This document shows positions 1 through 7,689 of a DNA stretch of 32,000 bases, piece by piece (position 1 is the first letter of the stretch; every line of letters starts with the position of its first letter). Source of the DNA: Vulcanisaeta distributa DSM 14429 (GTDB lineage: Archaea > Thermoproteota > Thermoprotei > Thermoproteales > Thermocladiaceae); the NCBI RefSeq assembly GCF_000148385.1, contig NC_014537.1:2160001-2192000 (forward strand). The letters run 5' to 3'. A model generated the notes under the pieces. It saw nothing but the letters and a program-made list of their open reading frames with translations. It did not search any database and had not been told where the DNA came from. The translations under genes and the position numbers were made by a program.

Positions 1-498
1 GCGAGCCTTATATAACGCCTCGTTCTCACCCTTAAGCTTCTCCGCATACTCAGCAATATGCTTACCACTTATTCTATCCTCATCGGGGAGTACCTCCTCA
101 CCATGGGGCACCTCGAGACCTGCATCAAGGGCACCCTTAAGCACTGCGAAGACGCGGGCACCCTTAGTTGGCCTGTGAAGCCCAATGTCAAGTATCGCCT
201 TCTTAACGCCCTTAAGTAACGCCTTATAACCAACTATTAAACCTACGAGGTACGCACTCGAAGTATTCTTCAAGCCTCCCTTCCAACCAAAACCTACTAA
301 TTCCTTAGACGTGGCGCTCACGATAACCTCATCACCCACTACCCTAGCCACAACGACCTGGGCGATTATGTACTTATTTGTCCTCCTAACGACAAGCCTA
401 GGCAAGCCACTCTTAATCATCTCCCTACGCTTATAGTAATTCGTCTTACCCTCCCTCCTACGCCTAAACTTAACCTTATAACGACCACTCCTCGCCAT
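1..498 (-). CDS. rpl18: Ribosomal protein uL18 (L18P/L5e); C-terminal part cut off by the window edge
   Basis: Not in the ORF track because it runs off the window. Manual reverse-strand translation from the ATG (complement of 496-498) gives [48 protein letters not shown]...[30 protein letters not shown]. This carries the archaeal L18 N-terminal [10 protein letters not shown] signature. It lies directly downstream of L19e, as in the conserved archaeal ribosomal cluster. Confidence 0.85.
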   Translation of the reverse strand, partial: MARSGRYKVKFRRRREGKTNYYKRREMIKSGLPRLVVRRTNKYIIAQVVVARVVGDEVIVSATSKELVGFGWKGGLKNTSSAYLVGLIVGYKALLKGVKKAILDIGLHRPTKGARVFAVLKGALDAGLEVPHGEEVLPDEDRISGKHIAEYAEKLKGENEALYKAR

Positions 499-560
499 GC
501 TCGCAAACCAAGAAGATAATCGCTTAATAAGTATTTCTTAGGATGGAGAAAGGGGAGACG

Positions 561-1013
561 TTATCGCTGCTGCTTAATTAGGTTATTACTAATTAGGTAT
601 GCCCTGAGCGACGACACGCTATCAAACCTACCACCCTTAACCTGCAGGTAAAGCTCCCTCCAGGTCTTTGCATCAATCAACCCCCTCCTCTTTAGCGAGT
701 TTAAGTACCTCCTTAATGCCCTAACCTTATTAACCCAAGCCTCCTTAGGATCAAGCCTAGCGTACTTACTACCCCTCCTACTACCAACACCCCTCCTCCT
801 ACCCTTCCTCCTCTTCTCATGCAGCTCGCGCCACCTACCCCTACTAACACCCTTGGCATACTCAGCGTATATCAAGCCCTCCTTAATCAAAGCCCTAACA
901 TCAGCCTTAGTGGTAACCTCCTCAAGCCTATCAAGAGCCTCAGGGCTAATCCTAACCCGTGATTCACCAACACCAAGTACCTCAGCAGCCAACCTCTTAA
1001 CGTCAACCATCAA
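561..1013 (-). CDS. rpl19e: Ribosomal protein eL19 (L19e)
   Basis: 150-aa basic protein with KRLAAEVLGVGESRVRI at the N-terminus and an RRKGRRRGVGSRRG tract typical of L19e. It is followed by uL18. A TATA-like gtttttaag (1032-1040) lies about 23 nt upstream of the start on the minus strand. Confidence 0.9.
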   Translation of the reverse strand: MMVDVKRLAAEVLGVGESRVRISPEALDRLEEVTTKADVRALIKEGLIYAEYAKGVSRGRWRELHEKRRKGRRRGVGSRRGSKYARLDPKEAWVNKVRALRRYLNSLKRRGLIDAKTWRELYLQVKGGRFDSVSSLRAYLISNNLIKQQR

Positions 1014-1204
1014 TGGCTTGCTGCAAATGCTGTTTTTAAGTGTTTACTCAACGCACCTGCCCCATACTCTAATATACCGCATGACGTACAACACCAAGTT
1101 AGGCGATCTTAACTGGGTATTTTCTTGGGATTATTTATCCAGTATACCGTTGTGAGAATAAATAATGTTAATGCTTAAATATTGATGATGCGGTGTTTAG
1201 TGGT

Positions 1205-1804
1205 ATGTCAAGTATTTTGGGGTTGACGATAACCTTTTGGGCTGTTTACTCCACAAATATTGACTTATCATCATTTCTAGAAAGGCTTGTTGGGCTTGGG
1301 TACTCCGTCGGTAAGGTATATACGATACCCGGCGGTGATTATTATATTGAGTATTTAAGCGATGGTTCGTTGGCGAGGAAGAGCACTAACGAGGGTTCAA
1401 TAAGGATAATCTATGATAGCGGTAGGAAGGCGCTGGGGGTCATTGCACCCAATAGGGATTTGAGCGTCGTTGGTCTTGCCGAGTTTTATAGGGCCCTAAG
1501 TGAGGCTAAGATACCGGAGCCTCCAATAACGGAATTATTCATTAGCTATACGGATAACCTGCAGATATGCCCCACCAGGTCTTTGAAGTACATGAACATG
1601 GAATTGAGTGAGCGTGGGACCACACTGCTTTGGGGTGAGCCTCAGGGTAAGTCCATGTACGTAATGATAACGCCAGTATCAAGTGAGAGGAGCCTAATAA
1701 TGATTGGGGCTAGGGGCGAGTGGGGATTTACAATAGGCATCCTTAGGAACATAAATGAATTATTCCTGGAGGTGAGGAAATTTAACTGTAAGGGCGGAGG
1801 TTAA
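1205..1804 (+). CDS. Hypothetical protein (no family recognised)
   Basis: The ORF track gives 1193-1804 with a GTG start. I prefer the ATG at 1205 because a TATA-like cttaaatatt (1174-1183) is centred about 26 nt upstream, which fits a leaderless start. It is convergent with the hydrogenase endopeptidase gene, with stops 3 nt apart. Confidence 0.45.
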   Translation: MSSILGLTITFWAVYSTNIDLSSFLERLVGLGYSVGKVYTIPGGDYYIEYLSDGSLARKSTNEGSIRIIYDSGRKALGVIAPNRDLSVVGLAEFYRALSEAKIPEPPITELFISYTDNLQICPTRSLKYMNMELSERGTTLLWGEPQGKSMYVMITPVSSERSLIMIGARGEWGFTIGILRNINELFLEVRKFNCKGGG

Positions 1805-1807
1805 TGG

Positions 1808-2323
1808 TTAATAACCCAAGGCATCCCTGTAGCACTCAATGATCGCGTCTTTAGGATCACCCTCATATCTAAGTTGTAAGCCATACTTACTTAGTAATTC
1901 GCTAAGTAGTTTCAATGCCGCGGAGACGGCATTGAGCGCCTCATTGCTCACGGGTTTAAATGGTTCCGTGTTCCCAGGGCCTATAGCAACTACGTAAGCA
2001 GTGCCATTAAATGCCTTCATTGCCCTTAAATAACCAACCAATAGGCTTGGTGAGGCTCTGTGTGCGTCGAGCATTGTCGTGTCAGTGATCGATAATTCCC
2101 CCTCAACCTTCTCAAGGGCCACAGCCCCAGGTTTTAACTCAGTGTCTATGTCAATGAATATGAGGTCGTGTGCGTCCATTAAATTGCCGAGCAATGCAAT
2201 GCCATGGGCATTACCGTCAATCACGAAATCATTAAATTGAGATAAAAAACGGGCTAGGCAGGAACCTAAGCCATCATCACCGTAAAGTGGATTGCCAAGA
2301 CCAATTATTTTTACAGGGAGCAT
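1808..2323 (-). CDS. [NiFe]-hydrogenase maturation endopeptidase (HybD/HyaD/HycI family)
   Basis: The N-terminus IIGLGNPLYGDDGLG matches the family GNxxxxD[DE]GxG motif. An Asp in LIFIDID and a His in LDAHRASP sit at the positions of the E. coli HybD metal ligands (E16/D62/H93). Its start overlaps the 3' end of the large-subunit gene by 13 nt. Confidence 0.85.
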   Translation of the reverse strand: MLPVKIIGLGNPLYGDDGLGSCLARFLSQFNDFVIDGNAHGIALLGNLMDAHDLIFIDIDTELKPGAVALEKVEGELSITDTTMLDAHRASPSLLVGYLRAMKAFNGTAYVVAIGPGNTEPFKPVSNEALNAVSAALKLLSELLSKYGLQLRYEGDPKDAIIECYRDALGY

Positions 2324-4239
2324 GCGTTGTAAATCACCTTCTCAATGGTCTTATATATCCTCCCACCCTCACCTTTAACCTCGGCATGCACCGCGCAGGC
2401 TAGGCATGGGTCGAAGCTCCTAATCGCCCTAACTATGTCCAGGCCGGTCCACTGGTCCGGTGGAACCTCCTCGGTCACCCAGGAGTTCAACGCAGACATT
2501 TCGAATGGGCCTGTGCACTGGCTTGCATATGGGCCTGTGCACCTATTGTTCCTCGGACTCACATTCTTGGTCGTCGGCGCCTGGTACTGGTAATTCAGTA
2601 TCTTGTCACTGGATTGAACAAGCCAGTGCTGGTTCGTCCCCCTAGGCACGTGCCACCAGCCTATACTATAGCTAAAGCTTGGGTAACTACCGTGCTGCCA
2701 GGGACTTGATGCATGCGTGTGCCCAGCGGCCCACTGGGCTAGGGCATACTCAAGGTTGGCCCAGGCAATGTTGGCGACTAGGGCCAGGTGAACGGCCCTG
2801 GCCAGGACCCTCTCAATGGTCGTTGAGTACTGCGGCATCTTCCACGTTATAGTCAACTCACCATACAGGTCTGGGCAGCCGCCGGGTACTGGGCATATTT
2901 CGGGGGCTGTTGAGGTTGGTTGAGCCGCTGGTAGCGTGAAGGTTAACTGGGAACCATTACTCTCCCAAATGTCGTAATTCCCAAGGCTCACTTTAGTGGC
3001 GTACAGCGTATCTATCCAAAGCTGCGTAATCGGGTTAGTCTCAATCGGGGCTATTGTACCATCCTTAAGCATCAACCTAGGCTCAGCATCCCAGCTATAC
3101 TTCTCAGTAAAGTTAATCGCCTGCGGCTTAGGCATCGTCGTCTTGTTCCACGGGTGGTAGGGCATTAGCTCATCGTTGCCGAAGGCTATCGGGTTTCCCA
3201 ACGGATCCTCCTTAATCCAGTAGCCCCAGGGCGGTAGCACATTATGCTTATACCAATCGTAGTAGAAGCTTGTGTCCACGAACTCAAGCCAGCCCTGGTT
3301 CATCTCAACGACACTCTTAGTAACTAGGTTAGTCCCCATCGCATAGCCTGGCTTCTCAAGCCTAGCCTGGTATATCTCATCAAGGTGTTCCCACAGGGTC
3401 TTCCACTGGGCTGGGCTGCTTGTTGGCGCGAAGGAACCATAGACCTCCGGGTCATCAGCCCAGCCAGCTGCGAACATCGATGGTGGGTCGTGGGTCTTAC
3501 CATTGAGCTCATAGCCAATGCTAACGTAGAAGTCATGCAGATCCTGCCAAATGGCCCATACAAACTTAACCCAGGCTGTTAAGGCCGTTAACCTAGTGTA
3601 GTACTGCTCAAATATTGAACCTGCTAGGGAGAGATCCGTGCTTATACCGCCGGGAACCAGGGTTGATGGGTGTGAGTGCCTGCCGTAGAGTAGCACGCCA
3701 GCCTCCCTAGCAATTCTCTGGTACTCAACGGTTAGTCTCCATATCCTGCCAGTAACTGGGTTTAAGTCAGTCATTATGTCAGCTATGGTCTTGTAGCCAT
3801 GGATATTACTGTACTGCGTTGGCGTTGATTGAGCCTCCTGCCAAACACTGGGCGTTAACTTACTAACAATTAACTCACTATAGTCGGGGCCGCCCAGCAT
3901 ATTCAGTATTATCGAATGATCATATATGTAGTCGGTCATGGCGTAAGCCATGTTCCTGAGCGCGACGCCGAGTGGTGTCGGCGTATAGCCTGACGCCACG
4001 TCATTAGCTACAACGGATGCATTAGCATGGGCAGCTCCACAAACGCCACAGGACCTACTGGTTATGGCAATGGCGTCCTCGGGCGGTCTGCCGCGTAGGA
4101 AGACCTCAAATCCCCTGAACATCATCGCCGATGTGTAGGCCGACGTTACGTGTTTAGTGCTTGAGTCTATCTCTATATAGGCCGCTAGGTGCCCCTCTAT
4201 CCTTGTTATCGGATCTAGCCAAATCTTTATTGTAGACAT
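2311..4239 (-). CDS. [NiFe]-hydrogenase large (catalytic) subunit
   Basis: N-terminal RIEGH and RSCGVCGAAHANAS (RxCGxCxxxH Ni-Fe ligand motif). C-terminal DPCLACAVH (DPCxxCxxH) is followed by a 24-aa extension (AEVKGEGGRIYKTIEKVIYNACSL), as expected for endopeptidase cleavage after the His. TATA-like ttttaaaa (4263-4270) lies about 27 nt upstream. Confidence 0.95.
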   Translation of the reverse strand: MSTIKIWLDPITRIEGHLAAYIEIDSSTKHVTSAYTSAMMFRGFEVFLRGRPPEDAIAITSRSCGVCGAAHANASVVANDVASGYTPTPLGVALRNMAYAMTDYIYDHSIILNMLGGPDYSELIVSKLTPSVWQEAQSTPTQYSNIHGYKTIADIMTDLNPVTGRIWRLTVEYQRIAREAGVLLYGRHSHPSTLVPGGISTDLSLAGSIFEQYYTRLTALTAWVKFVWAIWQDLHDFYVSIGYELNGKTHDPPSMFAAGWADDPEVYGSFAPTSSPAQWKTLWEHLDEIYQARLEKPGYAMGTNLVTKSVVEMNQGWLEFVDTSFYYDWYKHNVLPPWGYWIKEDPLGNPIAFGNDELMPYHPWNKTTMPKPQAINFTEKYSWDAEPRLMLKDGTIAPIETNPITQLWIDTLYATKVSLGNYDIWESNGSQLTFTLPAAQPTSTAPEICPVPGGCPDLYGELTITWKMPQYSTTIERVLARAVHLALVANIAWANLEYALAQWAAGHTHASSPWQHGSYPSFSYSIGWWHVPRGTNQHWLVQSSDKILNYQYQAPTTKNVSPRNNRCTGPYASQCTGPFEMSALNSWVTEEVPPDQWTGLDIVRAIRSFDPCLACAVHAEVKGEGGRIYKTIEKVIYNACSL

Positions 4240-4330
4240 ATGGTAAGAAAGGATAACTTCATTTTAAAAGGAAAATTCTCACACTAATGAAAAGCATCTC
4301 CTTAAATAGGCATGTTTCCTTAATATTCTC
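4240..4330. promoter_or_regulatory. Bidirectional promoter region between the large-subunit gene and the 105-aa ORF
   Basis: Two TATA-like elements: ttttaaaa (4263-4270), about 27 nt from the minus-strand start at 4239, and ttaaata (4302-4308), about 26 nt from the plus-strand GTG at 4331. The spacing fits archaeal leaderless transcripts. Confidence 0.5.
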
Positions 4331-4648
4331 GTGTCGGATAGGTTAATTCTAGATGATGGAGCCTCACAGGTTGAGGTTGAGATTAGTACCGTAATTAAGG
4401 CATTGCGCAATGCGTATGAAGAATATGTAAAGTGCGTAATGAGTAATAAGTCGAGGGATAAGTGCTATGTAGAAGCGATAGGCATACTGATCGACGCCTT
4501 CGGCTCGGCATTACCCAGCGTATTTTACGACGAAGACCTTAGATACTTCGCAGTTAAGAGTGCCGACTATAGGTGGTTGCTGTATGATTCTGAATCAAAT
4601 ACCTATAAGGTGGTTAAGTTCAGGGACTTGGTGGCGAAGGCGCTATGA
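4331..4648 (+). CDS. Hypothetical 105-aa protein, translationally coupled to the HybD-like paralogue
   Basis: GTG-initiated ORF with a TATA-like box about 26 nt upstream. Its stop overlaps the next gene's start (ATGA at 4645-4648). No family recognised. Confidence 0.5.
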   Translation: MSDRLILDDGASQVEVEISTVIKALRNAYEEYVKCVMSNKSRDKCYVEAIGILIDAFGSALPSVFYDEDLRYFAVKSADYRWLLYDSESNTYKVVKFRDLVAKAL

Positions 4649-5145
4649 AGATCGTAATCGCCTATTCCGGTTACTTGCCAATGGGTGATATGGCTGTTGG
4701 CCTTAGGGTTGGTGAGTTATTAGGTAATGAATTAAGGAGACGTAATTATCAAGAGGTTGAATTACTCGACGTAAGCGCTGACGTACTAACCGCCGTGGAT
4801 TTAATAAATGAGAGAAGGCCAGATGTATTGATTCTAGTTGGTGCAAAGCGTAGGGGTAGGGCTAAGGGAACGGTAGAGGTAATAAGGCCGAACTTAGAAC
4901 CAATCGAAGATAGTATTGAGGCAAACGACTTATTAAGACCATCACTCGATGGAAGGGTTTGCATAACCGATGTATTAAATGGACTAAGGGTTCTAGGGAC
5001 CACGGCTAAGGAGATAATACTGATTGAATGTGAGCCGCCCTTTGACGAACCATACATAGGCCTATCAAGTGAGGGCGAAAAATGCGCTATCAACATAGTA
5101 AACCTAATCTTAAGTGAAATACTACCTAAGATTATGAATAAATAA
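4645..5145 (+). CDS. Degenerate hydrogenase-endopeptidase-like protein (HybD fold, metal ligands absent)
   Basis: It aligns by eye along its length with E. coli HybD: MKIVIAYSGYLPMGDMAVGLRV vs MRILVLGVGNILLTDEAIGVRI, VELLD vs VEILD, GTVEVIRP vs GTMMILRD, ITDVLNGLRVLG vs LADVLSALRLTG, EPYIGLS vs EPHIGLT. The Glu16, Asp62 and His93 equivalents are Met, Val and Asp/Gly. The protein contains no histidine at all. Confidence 0.6.
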   Translation: MKIVIAYSGYLPMGDMAVGLRVGELLGNELRRRNYQEVELLDVSADVLTAVDLINERRPDVLILVGAKRRGRAKGTVEVIRPNLEPIEDSIEANDLLRPSLDGRVCITDVLNGLRVLGTTAKEIILIECEPPFDEPYIGLSSEGEKCAINIVNLILSEILPKIMNK

Positions 5146-5285
5146 ACAAATTATGGGTAAATATATAAGAACATAAATTATTTTGATAACTATGAGTAAC
5201 TATGTATATTATTGATTGATTCACCATAATTTATCATTGTAAATTATTAAAAATTTTACATATAACAAGTTCATATACATTTAAT

Positions 5286-5591
5286 ATGGGAATAAAATTT
5301 AAAAATCATAATAAAATGATTAACATAATGGATAATAATTATAATAGTAATGCTAACATAAGAAGATACATTATACGTGGCCTTGCAATGAGCATTGCTA
5401 TAGCATTAAATACTAATTTACTTGTTAATATATTAGTTAATAATATTAAATCTCAGTTAATACTTGAGGAGTTAACGTCATTGGACAACCAGCAACCTGC
5501 GCATGAAACTACCCTGGGTTCTGGTAATGATAGGGTTAGGGAGCTTCTGAATAGGATTAGAAACGAGCGTGTGGGGAGTGGCCATGGCTAA
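5286..5591 (+). CDS. Hypothetical 101-aa protein in the AT-rich island (possibly membrane-associated)
   Basis: An open frame in very AT-rich DNA, where stop codons should be frequent. An A/T-rich TATA-like tract at about 5251-5266 lies about 26 nt upstream. It has a hydrophobic stretch, IIRGLAMSIAIALNTNLLVNILV. It overlaps the next ORF. No family recognised. Confidence 0.3.
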   Translation: MGIKFKNHNKMINIMDNNYNSNANIRRYIIRGLAMSIAIALNTNLLVNILVNNIKSQLILEELTSLDNQQPAHETTLGSGNDRVRELLNRIRNERVGSGHG

Positions 5592-6324
5592 TGTGGAACT
5601 TAATAAATTGGTTGAGATACTTAATTACTTGCTTGAGCATGGTGCATCGAGTACATATGATATTTATAGGAATACGAGACTAAGTTTGGCAACGACGTAT
5701 AGGTACGTTAAGAAGGCTGCTGGGTTGGGTTATGTCGAGGTTGATGATATGTTTGTGGATATAACGATTAAGGGTATTCTATTACTCGCGATTTTAGGTA
5801 ATGAGTATGCTGCCTATAGGTTAAGTAGGATTATAGGGTTTAAGGATGGCGTTATTAAATCGTTCATTAATGTCATTAGGAATTATAGCAATATCATCGA
5901 CGTATTGAATAGTACTGAAATAAAGTCTATTAAGGATATTCTGAGTCTACTGTTATCATTATTTAATAATAATTTAATAAATGTTGTCAAATACTCTATT
6001 AATACATTATTAGAGCCATTGATTGCATACCTAATTATTAATTTTATACCTGGTATAAAGTTACCTAACGGTAGTAAGATCGTGATCAGTAATGAGGGGG
6101 TAATTGCCATCGCGTGCAGTTTCAAGGATGAGCATTGTCCTTACGGTAAAGACTCTATTTATAGGAATAGTAATGATGGTTTTGTATATAGATTAATGTG
6201 TCGCTTTGACTGTATTAAGCGTAAATATGGTATTGATGATATTAATATTAACATTAATATTGGTGTTAATTCCCATTTCAATAGTGTGGAAATTCATTTT
6301 TTAAATCAAGCTAGGAAATGCTAA
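5584..6324 (+). CDS. Putative winged-helix DNA-binding protein with a C-terminal Cys4 motif
   Basis: The ORF track gives a GTG start at 5569; the first ATG is at 5584. The N-terminus LVEILNYLLEHGASSTYDIYRNTRLSLATTYRYVKKAAGLGYVEV has a wHTH-like pattern. The C-terminus carries C-x6-C-x20-C-x3-C (CSFKDEHC...CRFDC). About 250 stop-free codons in roughly 20-30% G+C DNA argues for real coding. It ends 3 nt before the small-subunit ATG. Confidence 0.5.
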   Translation: MANVELNKLVEILNYLLEHGASSTYDIYRNTRLSLATTYRYVKKAAGLGYVEVDDMFVDITIKGILLLAILGNEYAAYRLSRIIGFKDGVIKSFINVIRNYSNIIDVLNSTEIKSIKDILSLLLSLFNNNLINVVKYSINTLLEPLIAYLIINFIPGIKLPNGSKIVISNEGVIAIACSFKDEHCPYGKDSIYRNSNDGFVYRLMCRFDCIKRKYGIDDINININIGVNSHFNSVEIHFLNQARKC

Positions 6325-6327
6325 CTA

Positions 6328-7677
6328 ATGGCTCCACCAAAGATAGAGATTAAACTCACTAGGCGAGACTTCCTGAAGGCGTCAGCCATAGCCGCGATGT
6401 TCGCCGCGTTGGATTGGAATAGGGTAATAAATGCCTTTGCCGATGCTGTGAGAAATGGTGATATAGGCATTGTTTGGTTGGAGGCCCAGGACTGTGCAGG
6501 TAACACCACCTCGATTATACAGGCAACTAACCCAAGCCTACTGGATGTTTTATTAGGAAGAACACCACTTGTTGGACCCGGCACCGTTAGGCTAATCTTC
6601 CACGAGACCGTCATGCCGGAATGGGGCGCGACGCACGTCACCTCATTCAGCCAAACGGAGCAGCCCTCGGTATATTGGACTGAGGAATTCTACACCGGTA
6701 CGGCTGATAAGATACTCAATGACGTCGCCCAGGGTAAATACGGCCCATACGTCCTCGTCCTAGAGGGTTCATTACCGGCTGAGTATGGAATGCCTGGAAG
6801 TAACATAACCACCGAGGGTGGCTTTTATTGTAAGATTGGGCCATACACATGCACTGAGTGGTTTAAGAAATTGATAGTTAATGCAGCGGCAGTCGTGGGT
6901 GTTGGTAACTGTGCAAGCTACGGCGGCATACCTGCTGATAAAGTCCTTGAGCCACCACCGAACTTCCAATACCCAACCAACGGCTGGTCCCAATCACCGA
7001 CCGGAGCCATTGGCCTATTTGATGACCCATACAGGGGCATTACTGGCGTGATACACCACCCATACTTCTCAGACGTGATTGGGCCATACTCTAACTACTG
7101 GGATAAGGACATGGTGCCCGACTTCAGCACAGTTAAGCCAATAGTAGCGGTGCCCGGCTGCCCAGCTGGGCCTAATGGCATAATGAGGACACTAGCCCTC
7201 CTAGCCCTGGCCGCCATAGGTATAATACCCGCCAGCGCGCTGCAGAGGAGTAAGTTCCTCGATGAGTACGGCAGGCCGCTATTTATATATCAGTACACTA
7301 CGCATGAGCAGTGCCCAAGGGCCGCCTGGTACGCAGCCGGCGAATTCAGGCCATACCCCGGCGATAATGATGCCAAGTGCCTATATGCGGTTGGCTGTAA
7401 AGGTCCAGTGGCTCACTGCCCATGGAATAAGATAGGCTGGGTAGCCGGCGTCGGTGGGCCAACTAGGCAGGGCGGAGTCTGCATAGCCTGTACAAACCCA
7501 GGGTTCACGGATGCCTATGAACCATTCTACGTTAAGCTACCCTACGTCGGCTGGTCAGCCAAGGACCTGGCCACGGCTGCTGCGGTGGTTGGCGCCGCAA
7601 CAGTAGTTGCCGGCGCAATAGCCGGCGGCTGGTACGCGGCCAGGCAGAGGGCTGAGAGGAAGGAGGAAAAGAAGTGA
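6328..7677 (+). CDS. [NiFe]-hydrogenase small subunit, Tat-exported, with a C-terminal membrane anchor
   Basis: Twin-arginine signal TRRDFLKASAIAAMFAAL. Fe-S ligand motifs are GNCASYGGIP, PGCPAG, HEQCPR, AKCLYAVGCKGPVAHCPW and GVCIAC. The C-terminus has a hydrophobic helix plus a basic tail (AAVVGAATVVAGAIAGGWYAARQRAERKEEKK). The N-terminal motif is DCAGN rather than CxGC. TATA-like attttttaaatc (6295-6307) lies about 27 nt upstream. Confidence 0.92.
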   Translation: MAPPKIEIKLTRRDFLKASAIAAMFAALDWNRVINAFADAVRNGDIGIVWLEAQDCAGNTTSIIQATNPSLLDVLLGRTPLVGPGTVRLIFHETVMPEWGATHVTSFSQTEQPSVYWTEEFYTGTADKILNDVAQGKYGPYVLVLEGSLPAEYGMPGSNITTEGGFYCKIGPYTCTEWFKKLIVNAAAVVGVGNCASYGGIPADKVLEPPPNFQYPTNGWSQSPTGAIGLFDDPYRGITGVIHHPYFSDVIGPYSNYWDKDMVPDFSTVKPIVAVPGCPAGPNGIMRTLALLALAAIGIIPASALQRSKFLDEYGRPLFIYQYTTHEQCPRAAWYAAGEFRPYPGDNDAKCLYAVGCKGPVAHCPWNKIGWVAGVGGPTRQGGVCIACTNPGFTDAYEPFYVKLPYVGWSAKDLATAAAVVGAATVVAGAIAGGWYAARQRAERKEEKK

Positions 7678-7689
7678 TGGGGTGGTGTC

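Noticed and set aside
853-1155. 100-aa plus-strand ORF overlapping the L19e gene.
   Set aside because: It is antisense to a confidently identified ribosomal protein gene. It has a Ser/Thr/Leu-rich composition typical of shadow frames, and no promoter or family signal.
1181-1250. TGATGATG (C-box-like) at 1184-1191 suggested a C/D-box sRNA.
   Set aside because: There is no downstream CTGA D box or C'/D' pair within 50-70 nt. The site coincides with the promoter and 5' end of the 1205 ORF.
2345-3582. Four short ORFs (2345-2593+, 2460-2645+, 3324-3563-, 3385-3582+) inside the large-subunit gene.
   Set aside because: These are antisense or off-frame shadows of a 642-aa gene with intact catalytic motifs. 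Their composition is low-complexity and Pro/Ser/Trp-rich.
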